From an uncultured Acidobacteriaceae bacterium (GTDB lineage Bacteria > Acidobacteriota > Terriglobia > Terriglobales > Acidobacteriaceae), in the NCBI GenBank assembly GCA_963789245.1, contig CAWBKE010000014.1:69381-133380 (forward strand): a stretch of DNA of 64,000 nucleotides, written 5' to 3'. The position numbers were made by a program, and so were the translations under genes. Of this stretch, positions 1 through 14,679 are shown piece after piece. Positions within the stretch are counted from its first letter, which is position 1; the number at the start of each line of letters is the position of its first letter. Under the pieces are notes generated by a model. The model had not been told where the DNA came from. It worked only from the letters and a program-made list of their open reading frames with translations, and ran no database searches.

Positions 1-1067
1 TTCAGGTGCGAGAGCTGGAACATGGTGTAACCGCCGGTCGCAATTCCGACGAAGAGAAGCTTGCGGGGATCCATGCGATTGGTGAGCTGACCGCTGATGG
101 GCGTCATGATTAGCGCGCCGATGCCCCGCGGCGACAGCGCCAGCCCCGATTGCAGCGCGGGATAGTTGAGCAGCGTCTGCAAGAAGATGGGCAGCAGCAT
201 GAGCGAGGCATAGAGCACGAAGCCCAGCATCGTCATCAGGAGAGTTCCCGCACTGAAGGTGCGGTCCTTCAAGACGCGCAGATCGACGATGGGATGTTTG
301 GCAGTCAGTTCGCGAATTACCATACCCATGAGACCGATGACGCACAGCGTGGTCCACAGACGAATCTGGTTGCTGCCGAACCAGTCCTTGCGCTGGCCGG
401 TGTCCAGCACCATCTGCAACATGCCGAAGCCGAGCGCCAGGAATCCGATGCCGTAAAGGTCGACTCCGCCGTTGCTGCGCTTGCGCAGATAGTGCGGGTC
501 GACGATGAAGGTGCTGATCATCAGCACAGACAGGATGCCGACTGGCAGGTTGATGTAGAAGATCCAGCGCCAGGTGTAGTTGTCGGTGATCCAACCACCG
601 AGGGTGGGGCCGAGAATGGGCGCGAAGATGATGCCTAGGCCGAAGGCCGCCATCGCGGTTCCGTGCTTCTTGGGAGGGAAGGTTTCCAGCAACACCGATT
701 GCGAGAGCGGTTGCAGGCCGCCGCCGCTCAGTCCTTGCAGCACGCGGAAGAAAATCAGCCAGTCCAGGCTGGTCGCCATGCCGCACAGCAGGGAAGCGAA
801 GGTGAAGCCGGTGACGCAGGTCATCAGCATGCGCCTGCGTCCAAAGCGTGAGGCCAGCCATCCGGCCATGGGCAGGATGATGGCGTTCGACACCAGATAG
901 GAGGTCACGACCCAGGTGCCTTCCTCGACCGTCGCGCCCATGTTGCCCGCCATGTGCGGGATGGACACGTTAACGACGGTGGTGTCGAGGACCTCCATGA
1001 ACGTGGCCAGCATCACCGCGATGGTCACGATCCAGGGATTGACGGGGCTGGTGCTGTCGTCGGGCAT
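1..1067 (-). CDS. MFS efflux transporter, DHA2 (EmrB/QacA-like) family; N-terminal ~355 codons, 3' end beyond window start
   Basis: Minus-strand frame is open to the window edge, so it is absent from the ORF track. My translation from ATG (1065-1067) reads MPDDSTSPVNPWIVTIAVMLATFMEVLDTTVVNVSIPHMAGN...LPMAGWLASRFGRRRML...FRVLQGLSGGGLQP...RWIFYINLPVG, typical DHA2 MFS motifs. Plus-strand ORFs 150-638 and 580-900 are antisense shadows. Confidence 0.85.
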   Translation of the reverse strand, partial: MPDDSTSPVNPWIVTIAVMLATFMEVLDTTVVNVSIPHMAGNMGATVEEGTWVVTSYLVSNAIILPMAGWLASRFGRRRMLMTCVTGFTFASLLCGMATSLDWLIFFRVLQGLSGGGLQPLSQSVLLETFPPKKHGTAMAAFGLGIIFAPILGPTLGGWITDNYTWRWIFYINLPVGILSVLMISTFIVDPHYLRKRSNGGVDLYGIGFLALGFGMLQMVLDTGQRKDWFGSNQIRLWTTLCVIGLMGMVIRELTAKHPIVDLRVLKDRTFSAGTLLMTMLGFVLYASLMLLPIFLQTLLNYPALQSGLALSPRGIGALIMTPISGQLTNRMDPRKLLFVGIATGGYTMFQLSHL

Positions 1068-1183
1068 TCGCCTGGATTCAGCATAGGAAAACAATGGCAC
1101 AGCCGTCGGTGATGGGGCTCACACCTCCCTGCGTTTTGGCAGAAAGTCAGAACCTCGAGCCTTTCTTGAAAGAGAATCCAGGG

Positions 1184-1204
1184 CTGAGATACAATGTATC
1201 TCAG
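1184..1204. promoter_or_regulatory. Perfect palindrome CTGAGATAC-AAT-GTATCTCAG overlapping the dinJ ribosome-binding site; putative antitoxin operator
   Basis: 9-bp arms with 3-nt spacer read directly in the sequence. It ends 10 nt before the dinJ ATG and overlaps the SD (caggag). Type II TA operons are usually autoregulated at such palindromes. Confidence 0.5.
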
Positions 1205-1213
1205 GAGTTAACT

Positions 1214-1468
1214 ATGGCGACGACGATGGTTCACATTCGGGTGGACGGCAAAGTGAAGAAGCAAGCTGCAAAGACGCTGGCATCAATGGGTATCTCCGTC
1301 TCCGATGCGGTACGCATGCTGCTGGTCCGGGTAGCAGCCGAGAAAGCGCTGCCTTTCGAGGTCAAAGTGCCCAACGCCAGGACGGTCAAGGCAATGCAGG
1401 CTGCTAATCGCGGCGAGGGAAAGCGCTACAAATCCGCCGCTGCGCTCTTTAAAGACTTGGACATCTAA
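1214..1468 (+). CDS. dinJ: DinJ/RelB-family type II antitoxin
   Basis: MATTMVHIRVDGKVKKQAAKTLASMGISVSDAVRMLLVRVAAEKALPFEV is the ribbon-helix-helix DinJ/RelB pattern. SD caggag lies 7 nt upstream of ATG 1214 (internal Met of listed ORF 1094-1468). A toxin gene follows 4 nt after the stop. Confidence 0.85.
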   Translation: MATTMVHIRVDGKVKKQAAKTLASMGISVSDAVRMLLVRVAAEKALPFEVKVPNARTVKAMQAANRGEGKRYKSAAALFKDLDI

Positions 1469-1471
1469 GCC

Positions 1472-1737
1472 TTGCGCAACCTCATAAGCGGCGTGCAGTT
1501 TCGGCGGGACGTTAAGCTCGCGCGCAAACGCGGCAAGAATATGGCCAAGCTGCGTGAGTTGATTCTGCTTCTCGGCGAAGGCGCGAATCTGCCGCCACGC
1601 TGCCATGACCATCCGCTCAGAGGTAACTGGCAGGACTACCGGGACTGCCACATCGAAGCTGACTGGCTGCGATCTACAAGATTTTGGGCGATGATGTCTA
1701 CCTGGTCCGAACCGGCAGCCACTCAGACTTGTTCTAG
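1472..1737 (+). pseudogene. yafQ: YafQ/RelE-family mRNA-interferase toxin, reading frame broken near 1669-1671
   Basis: The listed frame gives FRRDVKLARKRGKNMAKLRELILLLGEGANLPPRCHDHPLRGNWQDYRDCHIEADWL, then nonsense. A -1 shift restores IYKILGDDVYLVRTGSHSDLF and TAG at 1735-1737, the conserved YafQ C-terminus. Confidence 0.8.
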
Positions 1738-1815
1738 CAAAACATCCCGCTCCTAATATCCCTTTGTGACCCGTATCACACGGGCCGGTGACCTCCAGTG
1801 CTACGATAATTGCTT

Positions 1816-2874
1816 ATGTCCGCGCCCGATTCCCTCTTCATACGCGCCTGCCGGCGGCTTCCCGTGGAGACCACCCCAGTCTGGTTCATGCGACAGGCCG
1901 GCCGCTACATGCAGCAATATCGCGACGTCCGCAAGCACTACTCGCTGGTGGAAATCTGCAAGAAGCCCGAAGTGGCGGCCGAGGTCACCATTACGGCCGC
2001 CGAGTTCCTGAAGGTTGACGCGGCCATCATCTTCGCCGACTTGCTGCTGCCGCTCGAAGTCATGGGACTGCCGTTTCACTTTGCAGCAGGTGAAGGTCCG
2101 GTCATCGAACGGCCGGTGCGCACTGCCGAAGATGTCAACGTGCTGCGGACCGATCGCGCCGCCGAACTGGGCTATGTTGCCGACGCGGTGGCGCTGGTGA
2201 CGAAACATTTCGGGGCGAAGTTGCCGGTCATCGGATTCTGCGGCGCACCATTCACGCTGGCTAGCTACATGGTCGAGGGCGGCGGCTCGCGGCATTATCT
2301 GGAAGTTAAGAAGTTGATGTACAACTCGCCTGAAGTATGGGACGAACTGGTTGGCAAGTTGGTCGAGGTGCTGGCTGAGTACGCGGCCGAGCAGGTACGC
2401 TCCGGCGCAGACGCGCTGCAAATCTTCGATAGCTGGGTCGGCTGTCTAAGCGTGGAGGACTATCGGCGTTACGTTCTGGTCCCGACTACGCAGCTCATTC
2501 AGCGGCTACAGAAGGAGACCAAGGTCCCGATCATCTATTTCGGTACTGACAGTGCGACGCTGCTGCCGTCCATGGCGGAAACGGGAGCGGAGGTGATCGG
2601 ACTCGACTGGCGCATTCCGCTCGACGAGGGCTGGCACATTGTGGGACATAACCATGCGGTGCAAGGCAATCTCGATCCGGTGCTGCTGTTCGCCTCCTGG
2701 CGGGAGCTGAAGCAGCGCGCGGAACACATTTTGCGCCTGGCCGACGCCCGCCCCGGGCACATCTTCAATCTCGGACATGGCATCCTGCCGCACACGCCGG
2801 TGGACAATGTAAAGAATCTCGCTCAGTTTGTGCACGAGTTCACGGCAACCGCTGCTTCGGCGAGGAAGCCATGA
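1816..2874 (+). CDS. hemE: Uroporphyrinogen decarboxylase
   Basis: PVWFMRQAGRYMQQYRDVR, IIFADLLLPLE and FDSWVGCLS match full-length HemE. ATG 1816 is preferred over TTG 1810. The TGA overlaps the hemH ATG (ATGA). Confidence 0.95.
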   Translation: MSAPDSLFIRACRRLPVETTPVWFMRQAGRYMQQYRDVRKHYSLVEICKKPEVAAEVTITAAEFLKVDAAIIFADLLLPLEVMGLPFHFAAGEGPVIERPVRTAEDVNVLRTDRAAELGYVADAVALVTKHFGAKLPVIGFCGAPFTLASYMVEGGGSRHYLEVKKLMYNSPEVWDELVGKLVEVLAEYAAEQVRSGADALQIFDSWVGCLSVEDYRRYVLVPTTQLIQRLQKETKVPIIYFGTDSATLLPSMAETGAEVIGLDWRIPLDEGWHIVGHNHAVQGNLDPVLLFASWRELKQRAEHILRLADARPGHIFNLGHGILPHTPVDNVKNLAQFVHEFTATAASARKP

Positions 2875-3811
2875 GCAAGCAGGCAGTGCTGCTGATCGCG
2901 CACGGTAGTCCGGAGCGGGTGGAAGACATTCCCGAGTTCCTGCAGAATATCTCGCGTGGCAGACCGATGTCTGACGCTGTGGTACGCGAAGTGCAACATC
3001 GGTACTCGCTGATCGGCAGTCTCGCCGCTGACCAGGATGACCGTTGGTCAGGCGAATGGTGTCGCCCGCGAGCTTGGTATTCCGGCATACGTCGGAATGC
3101 GCAACTGGCATCCGTTCATCGCCGACACGTTAAAGCAGATGACGGCTGACGGCGTGGAGCAGGCAGTTGCCATCTGCCTTGCGCCGCATAACTCACGCAC
3201 TAGCGTGGGACTTTACAAGCAGGTGTTGTTTGGAGCGGGCGCGCCGTTCGCCATCGACTTCGTGGAAGAATGGCACGATCATCCGTTGCTGATCGAAGCC
3301 TTCGCAGATAGGCTGCGAACGGGCTGGAAGCGCTCCTGCGAGCAGCATGGTTCGCCCTTGCCGGTGTTGTTTACTGCCCATAGCGTGCCCCAGCGCACCA
3401 TCGCAGAGGGCGATCCCTACGAAGCCCAGACGCGCGAGACAGCGGCGCTGGTTGCCGCACAAGTTCCTGGGATCGGACGCGTGGCACTTCGCATTTCAAA
3501 GTCAGGGAATGTCGGGCGGCGAATGGCTAGGTCCCACAGTGGAGGACACCATCATCGGCTTGCGAGATGCCGGTCACAGCGGGGTCTTTATCCAGCCCAT
3601 CGGCTTCGTCTGCGATCATGTCGAGATCCTTTTCGATGTCGACATCCTGTTCCGCCAATTTGCCGAGGCGCGAGGGATGAAGCTCTACCGGGCGGAATCG
3701 CCGAATGACTCGCCGCTGTTTGTGCAGGCGGTTGCCGATTTGGCCCGAGCCCGATTCGCGGCGCTCGAGCGCGCTTGCAGCAGCGGGATTGAAACTGAGA
3801 GAATCTCTTGA
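2871..3811 (+). pseudogene. hemH: Ferrochelatase, reading frame broken twice (about 3018-3021 and about 3481); possible sequencing errors
   Basis: Three consecutive frames carry ferrochelatase sequence. They read MSKQAVLLIAHGSPERVEDIPEFL...RYSLIG / SPLTRMTVGQANGVARELGIPAYVGMRNWHPFI...LFTAHSVPQRT...VPGIGR / WHFAFQSQGMSGGEWLGPTVEDTI...IGFVCDHVEILFDVDI. Each switch is a +1 coordinate shift. Confidence 0.85.
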
Positions 3812-3821
3812 ACCTAGCTGC

Positions 3822-5246
3822 ATGAAGCGGATCGCCATCATCGGCGGAGGCATTTCCGGACTGAGCGCCGCTTTCTACCTGGAGAAGGCGCGAAGGGCGG
3901 GCGCTGAACTGGAGTACACGCTCTTCGAGAGCGGGCAGCGACTCGGCGGCTGCCTGTCCTCCGATCACATTGAGGGCTGCCTGGTAGAAGCCGGCCCTGA
4001 TTCCTTTCTCACAGAAAAACCCTGGGCGACTGCGCTCTGCAACGAGCTCGGTATCGCCGATCAACTCATCGGCTCCAATGATGCACAACGCAAGACCTAC
4101 ATTGTGGTACATGAGCGGTTGATCGCAATGCCGGACGGACTGATGTTCATGGTGCCCACCCGGCTGGTTCCGACGGCGCTGTCGCCCCTGTTCTCGTGGA
4201 GTACCAAGGTGCGCATGGCGCGCGAGTTGCTGCACCCGCCGCGGCCCATGCAGGACGACGAGACGGTAACGCAACTGGTGGAGCGTCATTTCGGTCCGGA
4301 GGTCGTGGATCGGCTGGCTGATCCGCTGCTGTCAGGTGTCTATGGGGGCGATGCCGGCAAGCTAAGTGCCCGTGCGGTATTGCCGCGCTTTGTCGAGATG
4401 GAAGAGAAGTACGGTAGCCTGAGCCGTGCCATGCTGGTGGCGCATAAGAAAATGGCGCAAGCTGCAAAGAAGCAGCCGGCGCGCCCGCTGTTCACTTCGC
4501 TGAAGGACGGGATGCAGCAGATGGTGGACGCGATCGTCGCCAGGATTGATTCCGAAGCCATTTGTCTGCGCCGTCATGTTCGACGCATCTATCCCGAAAA
4601 CGACGGCTGGCGCGTCGCTATCGAGATGAATGGCGATGAGCGTTACGATGCCGTCATCCTCGCCACTCCCGCCAATGTTGCAGGCGAGTTGCTTGATGGG
4701 GTGGATCGCGCGCTGGCACGCAATCTGCTGGACATCACCTATAGTTCGTCGGTGACAGTCACGCTCGGCTACTACAAGCAACAACTCGCGAGACTGCCCC
4801 GCGGTTTCGGGTTTCTGGTGCCGAGAAGCGAAGGCACGCGTATGTTGGCGTGCACGTTTGTCCATAACAAATTTCCGCACCGCGCGCCGCCGGACAAGGG
4901 CATTCTGCGGTGTTTCCTCGGAGGCGCGCGCGACGAGGCCGTACTGGGGCTCAGTGACGAAGAGATGCTGGAAACCGTTCACCGCGAGCTTCGCGACATC
5001 GTCAAGCTGGACGCGCGTCCCATCTTCTCGCGCGTATACCGTTGGCGGGAAGCGATGGCGCAGTATGAGCCCGGACATATTGCGCGCGTGGCGAAAATCG
5101 AAAAGCATGTGGCGGAGATTCCAGGGCTTGCGATCGCCGGGAATGCCTACCACGGCATCGGGGTGCCGGATTGCATTCGCTCTGGGATGGAAGCCGCGAA
5201 TGCGGTGGCAGAACTCACGCCTGAGTCGCAAGCCGCCAGGGGATAA
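3822..5246 (+). CDS. hemY: Protoporphyrinogen/coproporphyrinogen III oxidase, HemY (CgoX) type
   Basis: MKRIAIIGGGISGLSAAFYL is an FAD dinucleotide-binding motif. Also present: GGCLSSDHIEGCLVEAGPDSF, LLSGVYGGDAGKLS and a C-terminal AGNAYHGIGVPDCI. ATG 3822 is an internal Met of listed ORF 3705-5246, 11 nt after the hemH stop. Confidence 0.88.
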   Translation: MKRIAIIGGGISGLSAAFYLEKARRAGAELEYTLFESGQRLGGCLSSDHIEGCLVEAGPDSFLTEKPWATALCNELGIADQLIGSNDAQRKTYIVVHERLIAMPDGLMFMVPTRLVPTALSPLFSWSTKVRMARELLHPPRPMQDDETVTQLVERHFGPEVVDRLADPLLSGVYGGDAGKLSARAVLPRFVEMEEKYGSLSRAMLVAHKKMAQAAKKQPARPLFTSLKDGMQQMVDAIVARIDSEAICLRRHVRRIYPENDGWRVAIEMNGDERYDAVILATPANVAGELLDGVDRALARNLLDITYSSSVTVTLGYYKQQLARLPRGFGFLVPRSEGTRMLACTFVHNKFPHRAPPDKGILRCFLGGARDEAVLGLSDEEMLETVHRELRDIVKLDARPIFSRVYRWREAMAQYEPGHIARVAKIEKHVAEIPGLAIAGNAYHGIGVPDCIRSGMEAANAVAELTPESQAARG

Positions 5247-5345
5247 ATCGTCAGTACATAAGTGCCGAAGACACTTCGGCCGCACGACTGCGGCACCGCG
5301 CGTTGGCCGACATTTTCTCGTCTCGTTCTTTTCTGACTTCCCGTT

Positions 5346-6644
5346 TCATTTTCCTGTATAGCTCACGCGCCAGATGGAGTTCGACCCATCATCGGTGACC
5401 AGCAACGACCCGTCAGGCGCGACGGTCACGCCCACCGGACGTCCCCAGACGTTGCCATTGGGAAGCACGAAACCGGTGAGGAAGTCTTCGTACTCGCCGC
5501 TGGCGTGGCCTGTCTGATGCAGCGGCACGCGAATGACTTCGTACCCGGCACGCGGATTTCTATTCCATGAGCCGTGCTGCGAGGAGAAGATGTCGCCAGC
5601 ATACTCCACGGGGAACTGGTTGCCTTCGTAAAATGTCATCTCCAGCGACGCGTTGTGCGGCTGTAGCAATACATCCGGAACAATGACCTTGCTCTTCAAC
5701 TCGGGATGTTTGCCCTTGAGCCGCGGGTCGGGATTGCCGCCGATGTAGTAGTAAGGCCAGCCGTAGAAGCCTCCCTCTTGCACGTGGGTGATGTAGTCGG
5801 GAACCAGATTGTCGCCCAGTTGGTCGCGTTCGTTTGTCGAACACCAGAGTTCGCCGGTCTTGGGATTGATGGCGAGCCCGCCGCCGGCATTACGGATTCC
5901 ATAGGCGTAGATGTGGACGTTGGAGCCATCCGGATTCATTACCAGGATGTCGGCGCGAAACTTCTCTTCGGGATGGGTGTCGGGGTCGTTCACATTGGAA
6001 GCCGATCCCACGCCGACGAACAGATGCTTGCCATCCGGCGAGAAGACAAGATCGCGAGTCGAGTGACTGCCCCCGCTGGGCAGATTGACGAGATGTTCGG
6101 GCTTCCCGGCGGCCTTCAGGTCTCCATTGTGATAGGGGAAGCGCAGCACGGCGTCGGAGTCGCCAATGTAGACGTACTGCGGGTTCGGTCCCGGAGGATA
6201 GAACGCGATTCCGTAAGGCTCGGTCAGCCCAGAGGCGAAGACCTTTTGCTGCTGTGGCTTGCCATCGGCGGTGATGCCACGAAAAATCTTGATGTTGCCG
6301 CCGTGCATCTCGGCCACGAAGAAGTCGCCGTTGGGAGCGGTGACGATGTTGCGCGGACTCTGAACGTCGGTGGTGTACAGCTCCACTTTGAAACCGGCGG
6401 GCGCCTGTGGCCAGGCATTTCTTGGACGATCGACGATGTCGGGCCCATTGATGGCCGATTTCGTGGCATAAGGCGCGGGCAGGTCCTCGGGCGTAATCTT
6501 GTGGACCGTGCCGGGCTTCTCGTAACGGAAATCGGTGAAGGGCGCCGTTGGCGGGGGAGCGGAAGCTGGATTTTCCGCGCAAGCAGAGCAGGCAAGAATT
6601 AAGAGAAGAGCAAGTGGCATGAGCGAATGCCGGGCGTTCTTCAT
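5346..6644 (-). CDS. PQQ-dependent sugar (sorbosone/glucose) dehydrogenase-family beta-propeller lipoprotein
   Basis: Signal peptide with lipobox (LLLILAC). YGIRNAGGGLAINPKTGELWCSTNERDQLGDNLVPDYITHVQEGGFYGWPY is typical of the soluble GSDH/sorbosone dehydrogenase family. Confidence 0.75.
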   Translation of the reverse strand: MKNARHSLMPLALLLILACSACAENPASAPPPTAPFTDFRYEKPGTVHKITPEDLPAPYATKSAINGPDIVDRPRNAWPQAPAGFKVELYTTDVQSPRNIVTAPNGDFFVAEMHGGNIKIFRGITADGKPQQQKVFASGLTEPYGIAFYPPGPNPQYVYIGDSDAVLRFPYHNGDLKAAGKPEHLVNLPSGGSHSTRDLVFSPDGKHLFVGVGSASNVNDPDTHPEEKFRADILVMNPDGSNVHIYAYGIRNAGGGLAINPKTGELWCSTNERDQLGDNLVPDYITHVQEGGFYGWPYYYIGGNPDPRLKGKHPELKSKVIVPDVLLQPHNASLEMTFYEGNQFPVEYAGDIFSSQHGSWNRNPRAGYEVIRVPLHQTGHASGEYEDFLTGFVLPNGNVWGRPVGVTVAPDGSLLVTDDGSNSIWRVSYTGK

Positions 6645-6788
6645 CAGGACCTCACGGGATCAGAGGATTCCGCAGCGGAGCTGAGCGGACGTTCCGCTGC
6701 TTGCTGCAACAGGCTACCCTTTTTATAGATGACGTAACCGGGTCTGTGGTATGTGAGAAAGCAGCGGAATTGCCCCTCGACTTGCTAA

Positions 6789-8385
<1,597 letters not shown>

Positions 8386-8431
8386 GGGCAAAATGGTCCG
8401 AGACCCGTCCGTCTGAAGCAGGTTCTTACCG

Positions 8432-8572
8432 CTTTGAAAGGGCACGCCTTCAGGCGTGCCGGTAAAGCCAACAGGAAATCCGGCTTCAGCCGCTGAGGGA
8501 CAGTCCCTCAGGGCCTAAAGGCGGATTCTTTTTGCGGCGTGACGGCACGGCTAAAGCCGTGCCCCTTCAAAG
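8432..8572. repeat. REP/BIME-like hairpin cluster (family B), bounded by inverted copies of CTTTGAA(A/G)GGGCACG..CGTGCC
   Basis: 8432-8460 reads ctttgaaagggcacgccttcaggcgtgcc. 8544-8572 reads ggcacggctaaagccgtgccccttcaaag, the same unit inverted. 8481-8571 aligns base-for-base over most of its length with 58595-58686. Confidence 0.8.
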
Positions 8573-8594
8573 TTGCGCCCCTTCAGTAAGCGGG

Positions 8595-9251
8595 TCAGTC
8601 TGCCGCTTCCTTCACTCCAGCCTCAGCGCCTACGCGATGCTGCACGTGCGACCAGATGAAATATCCCACGGCGAGCAGGATCACGGCCAGGATCAAAGCA
8701 TCCAGGCGATGGAACCACATCTTCAGGCGGGGGTCGGTGTCCCATTGCCTGCCCAGTCTCATGCCGATATAAGCCAGCGCGAAGCACCACGGCCACGAGC
8801 CGACGAAGGTGTAGATGTGAAACTTCATCCGATTCATGCGGGCGATGCCGGCGGGCAGCGCGATGAAGGTGCGGATGACCGGCAGCAGGCGGGCGATGAG
8901 TACGGCCATGGAACCGCGACGCTCGAAGAAGCGGTCGGCAATGGCCAACTCGCGATGGCTCAGGAAAATGTAGCGGCCATAACGTTCCACCAGCGGACGA
9001 CCGCCGAAGTAGCCAATTTCATATGCCACCACCGACCCCAGATTGCAGCCCAGCGCGCCCCAGGTGGCGACGGCAATCAGCGAGAAGCGGCCGGTGTACA
9101 CCAGATAGCCGGAGAACGGCATGATGATTTCCGACGGCAAGGGAATGCAGGCTGACTCGATAGCCATCAGCAACATGACGCCAGGATAGCCCGCCGCTGA
9201 GATGACGGCGATGATCCAGGCACCGACGATTTCGATGATGTGAGCAATCAT
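8595..9251 (-). CDS. dedA: DedA-family inner-membrane protein
   Basis: ESACIPLPSEIIMPFSGYLV, GRPLVERYGRYIF and LIARLLPVIRTFIALPAGIARM are the canonical DedA/SNARE-associated motifs. Confidence 0.9.
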   Translation of the reverse strand: MIAHIIEIVGAWIIAVISAAGYPGVMLLMAIESACIPLPSEIIMPFSGYLVYTGRFSLIAVATWGALGCNLGSVVAYEIGYFGGRPLVERYGRYIFLSHRELAIADRFFERRGSMAVLIARLLPVIRTFIALPAGIARMNRMKFHIYTFVGSWPWCFALAYIGMRLGRQWDTDPRLKMWFHRLDALILAVILLAVGYFIWSHVQHRVGAEAGVKEAAD

Positions 9252-9288
9252 GCGGTAGTGGAATTAGCTCCGGGGTGAGATTACGGAT

Positions 9289-9346
9289 GTGGCCGGAACA
9301 TCCCCGCCCTAGCCAAAAGATGGCTAGAACGGGGCACCCGGCCACC
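9289..9346. repeat. Long REP-like hairpin between sqdB and dedA
   Basis: Nested stems: gtggccgg/ccggccac, ccccg/cgggg and ctagcca/tggctag. It shares the 3' decamer GGGGCACCCG with the hairpin after gyrA (23122-23131). Confidence 0.65.
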
Positions 9347-9354
9347 TAGCGGCG

Positions 9355-12764
<3,410 letters not shown>

Positions 12765-14679
12765 AAGTGATAGCCAATATTTACTCGCCTTTCCAAATGA
12801 TCATGCAGATGGGCCTCCAGCGCTTCGGGACGAAAGATCTCCGGGTATTCCGCGCCGCCCGCGCGCAGGGTTTCCACCAGCAGAGTCCGTAGCGGCCCGC
12901 GCAGCCAGTCATGCGCCGGGATGTCGAACCCAAGCTTCGGCCGGTGCAGGATCGAATGCGGCAGCTTGTCTTTCATCAACTGCTGGAGAACCACCTTTTG
13001 CCGCGAGCCCGCAATCTTCAGCGACGCCGGAAGCCGGTTGGCAAACTCGACGATGCGGTGGTCGAGAAACGGCGGCCGCACCTCCAGCGAGTGGGCCATG
13101 CTGATGCGGTCCGACTTAACCAGAATATCATCCGGCAGGTAATACTTCTGATCGAACCATAAGTAGGCGTTCAGGTCGCTACCATTTCTGCCCAATTGTG
13201 CGCGCAAGTCCGCCAGAACGCCGTCGAGAGCCGGAGGAAGCTCGTCCGCGGTCAGACGCTGCTTCTCGTGATCGGAAAACGTGCCATTCCAGTAGACGTG
13301 GCCACGGTCGGCCGACATCAAACTGCCCGCCAGAAGACGGTTGACTTTGTATTCCAAGCCTATCTTCTCGTCGGAGACAGGCCAGGCCTGCATCAAGCGC
13401 TGCCCGAGGCGAAGCGTGCTGGCAGGTAGCCGCCGCAGATTCGCGGCGATGCGGCTGGCGCGGTACGTCAAGTACCCGCCAAACAATTCGTCGGCACCTT
13501 CACCGCTGAGGGCAACTTCAGTCCGCGTCCGGCTTAACTTGGCCAGGAACCACAACGGCAGCGCGCCCGCATCCGCGCTGGGCTCATCGGAGTAGTAGGC
13601 AAACTCCCGGATCGCGCCTTCCAGGTCCTGCTCGGGACTTAAATCCATCTCCTCGTGCTCGGTACCGTATTCCTCCACCATCTTCCGGATGTAACTGCTC
13701 TCGTCGAAACTGCGCCCACGGAAAGAGATAGAGAACGTTTTCACCTGCGACGAAGATGCCTGCGAGGCGTAATGCAGGATGGTCGATGAATCCAGGCCAC
13801 CACTGAGCCAGACGCTGAGTGGGACGTCAGAAATCAAGTGCTCGCGCACCGACTGTTGCAGCAGCGAATCCAGTTCCTCGCACGCCGAATCGAGCGTGTA
13901 CTTCCCGGCGTGCGGCGCGGGCAAAGCCCAGTAGGTCTCCGAGCGCGTCGCGCCGTTGCGCCACTCCACCCACGTCCCCGGCATGACTTTGAAGATTCCC
14001 TCGATCATGGTCCAGGGGGCGGGAATATAGTTCAGCGCGAGGTAGCAGTCCAAAGCCGGCAGACTGAGATTGCGCTCAATTTCCGGATGAACCAGGATCG
14101 CTTTCAGCTCAGAGCCGAAGTACAGCTCTTCGCCGTCGCGGGCGATGTAGAGCGGCTTAATGCCGACGCGATCGCGGGCCAGCACCAGTCGTTTGGCGGA
14201 GTTGGTCCACAGCGCGATGGCGAACATGCCGCGCAGCTTCTGGAAGCTGGCAGTATCCCACTGGAGGAACGCGTGGAGAACAGTTTCCGTGTCGCAGTGG
14301 GTGTGGAAGCAGTGTCCCAGCTTCTCCAGTTCAGCGCGGATTTCAAGGTGGTTGTAGATCTCGCCATTGAAGACGATGGTGGTGTCGCCGTCTTCCGAGC
14401 GTATGGGCTGGTCGCCGGATTCCAGGTCAAGGATCTTCAGGCGGGTTGCGCCGAGAGAGCAGGTAGCGGATTCGAAGACACCTTGCTGGTCCGGTCCGCG
14501 ATGGACCAGTGTCGCCGTGGCCGCTGCGATCCGCTCCGGACGCGGCAATCCATCCTTATGTGTGAAACCAACTATTCCGCACACGACGTTTTGACCACTA
14601 CCTCCAGCTGCATATTTAACTAAACTATCACAGAGGCGGCCCACAAACGGGCGTGATGAGGCAGGGGTGCAGTTTGAAA

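Noticed and set aside
150-900. Plus-strand ORFs 150-638, 259-456, 580-900 and 663-851
   Set aside because: All are antisense to the edge-truncated MFS transporter gene, which translates cleanly on the minus strand.
4362-5285. 307-aa minus-strand ORF
   Set aside because: It is antisense to hemY with no recognisable motifs, so I treat it as a shadow ORF.
8432-8572. Possible CRISPR array (repeated hairpins here and at 58551-58686 and 51622-51650)
   Set aside because: The units are inverted rather than direct and lack regular repeat-spacer periodicity. At most 2-3 units occur per site, and no cas genes are present. REP/BIME-like elements fit better.
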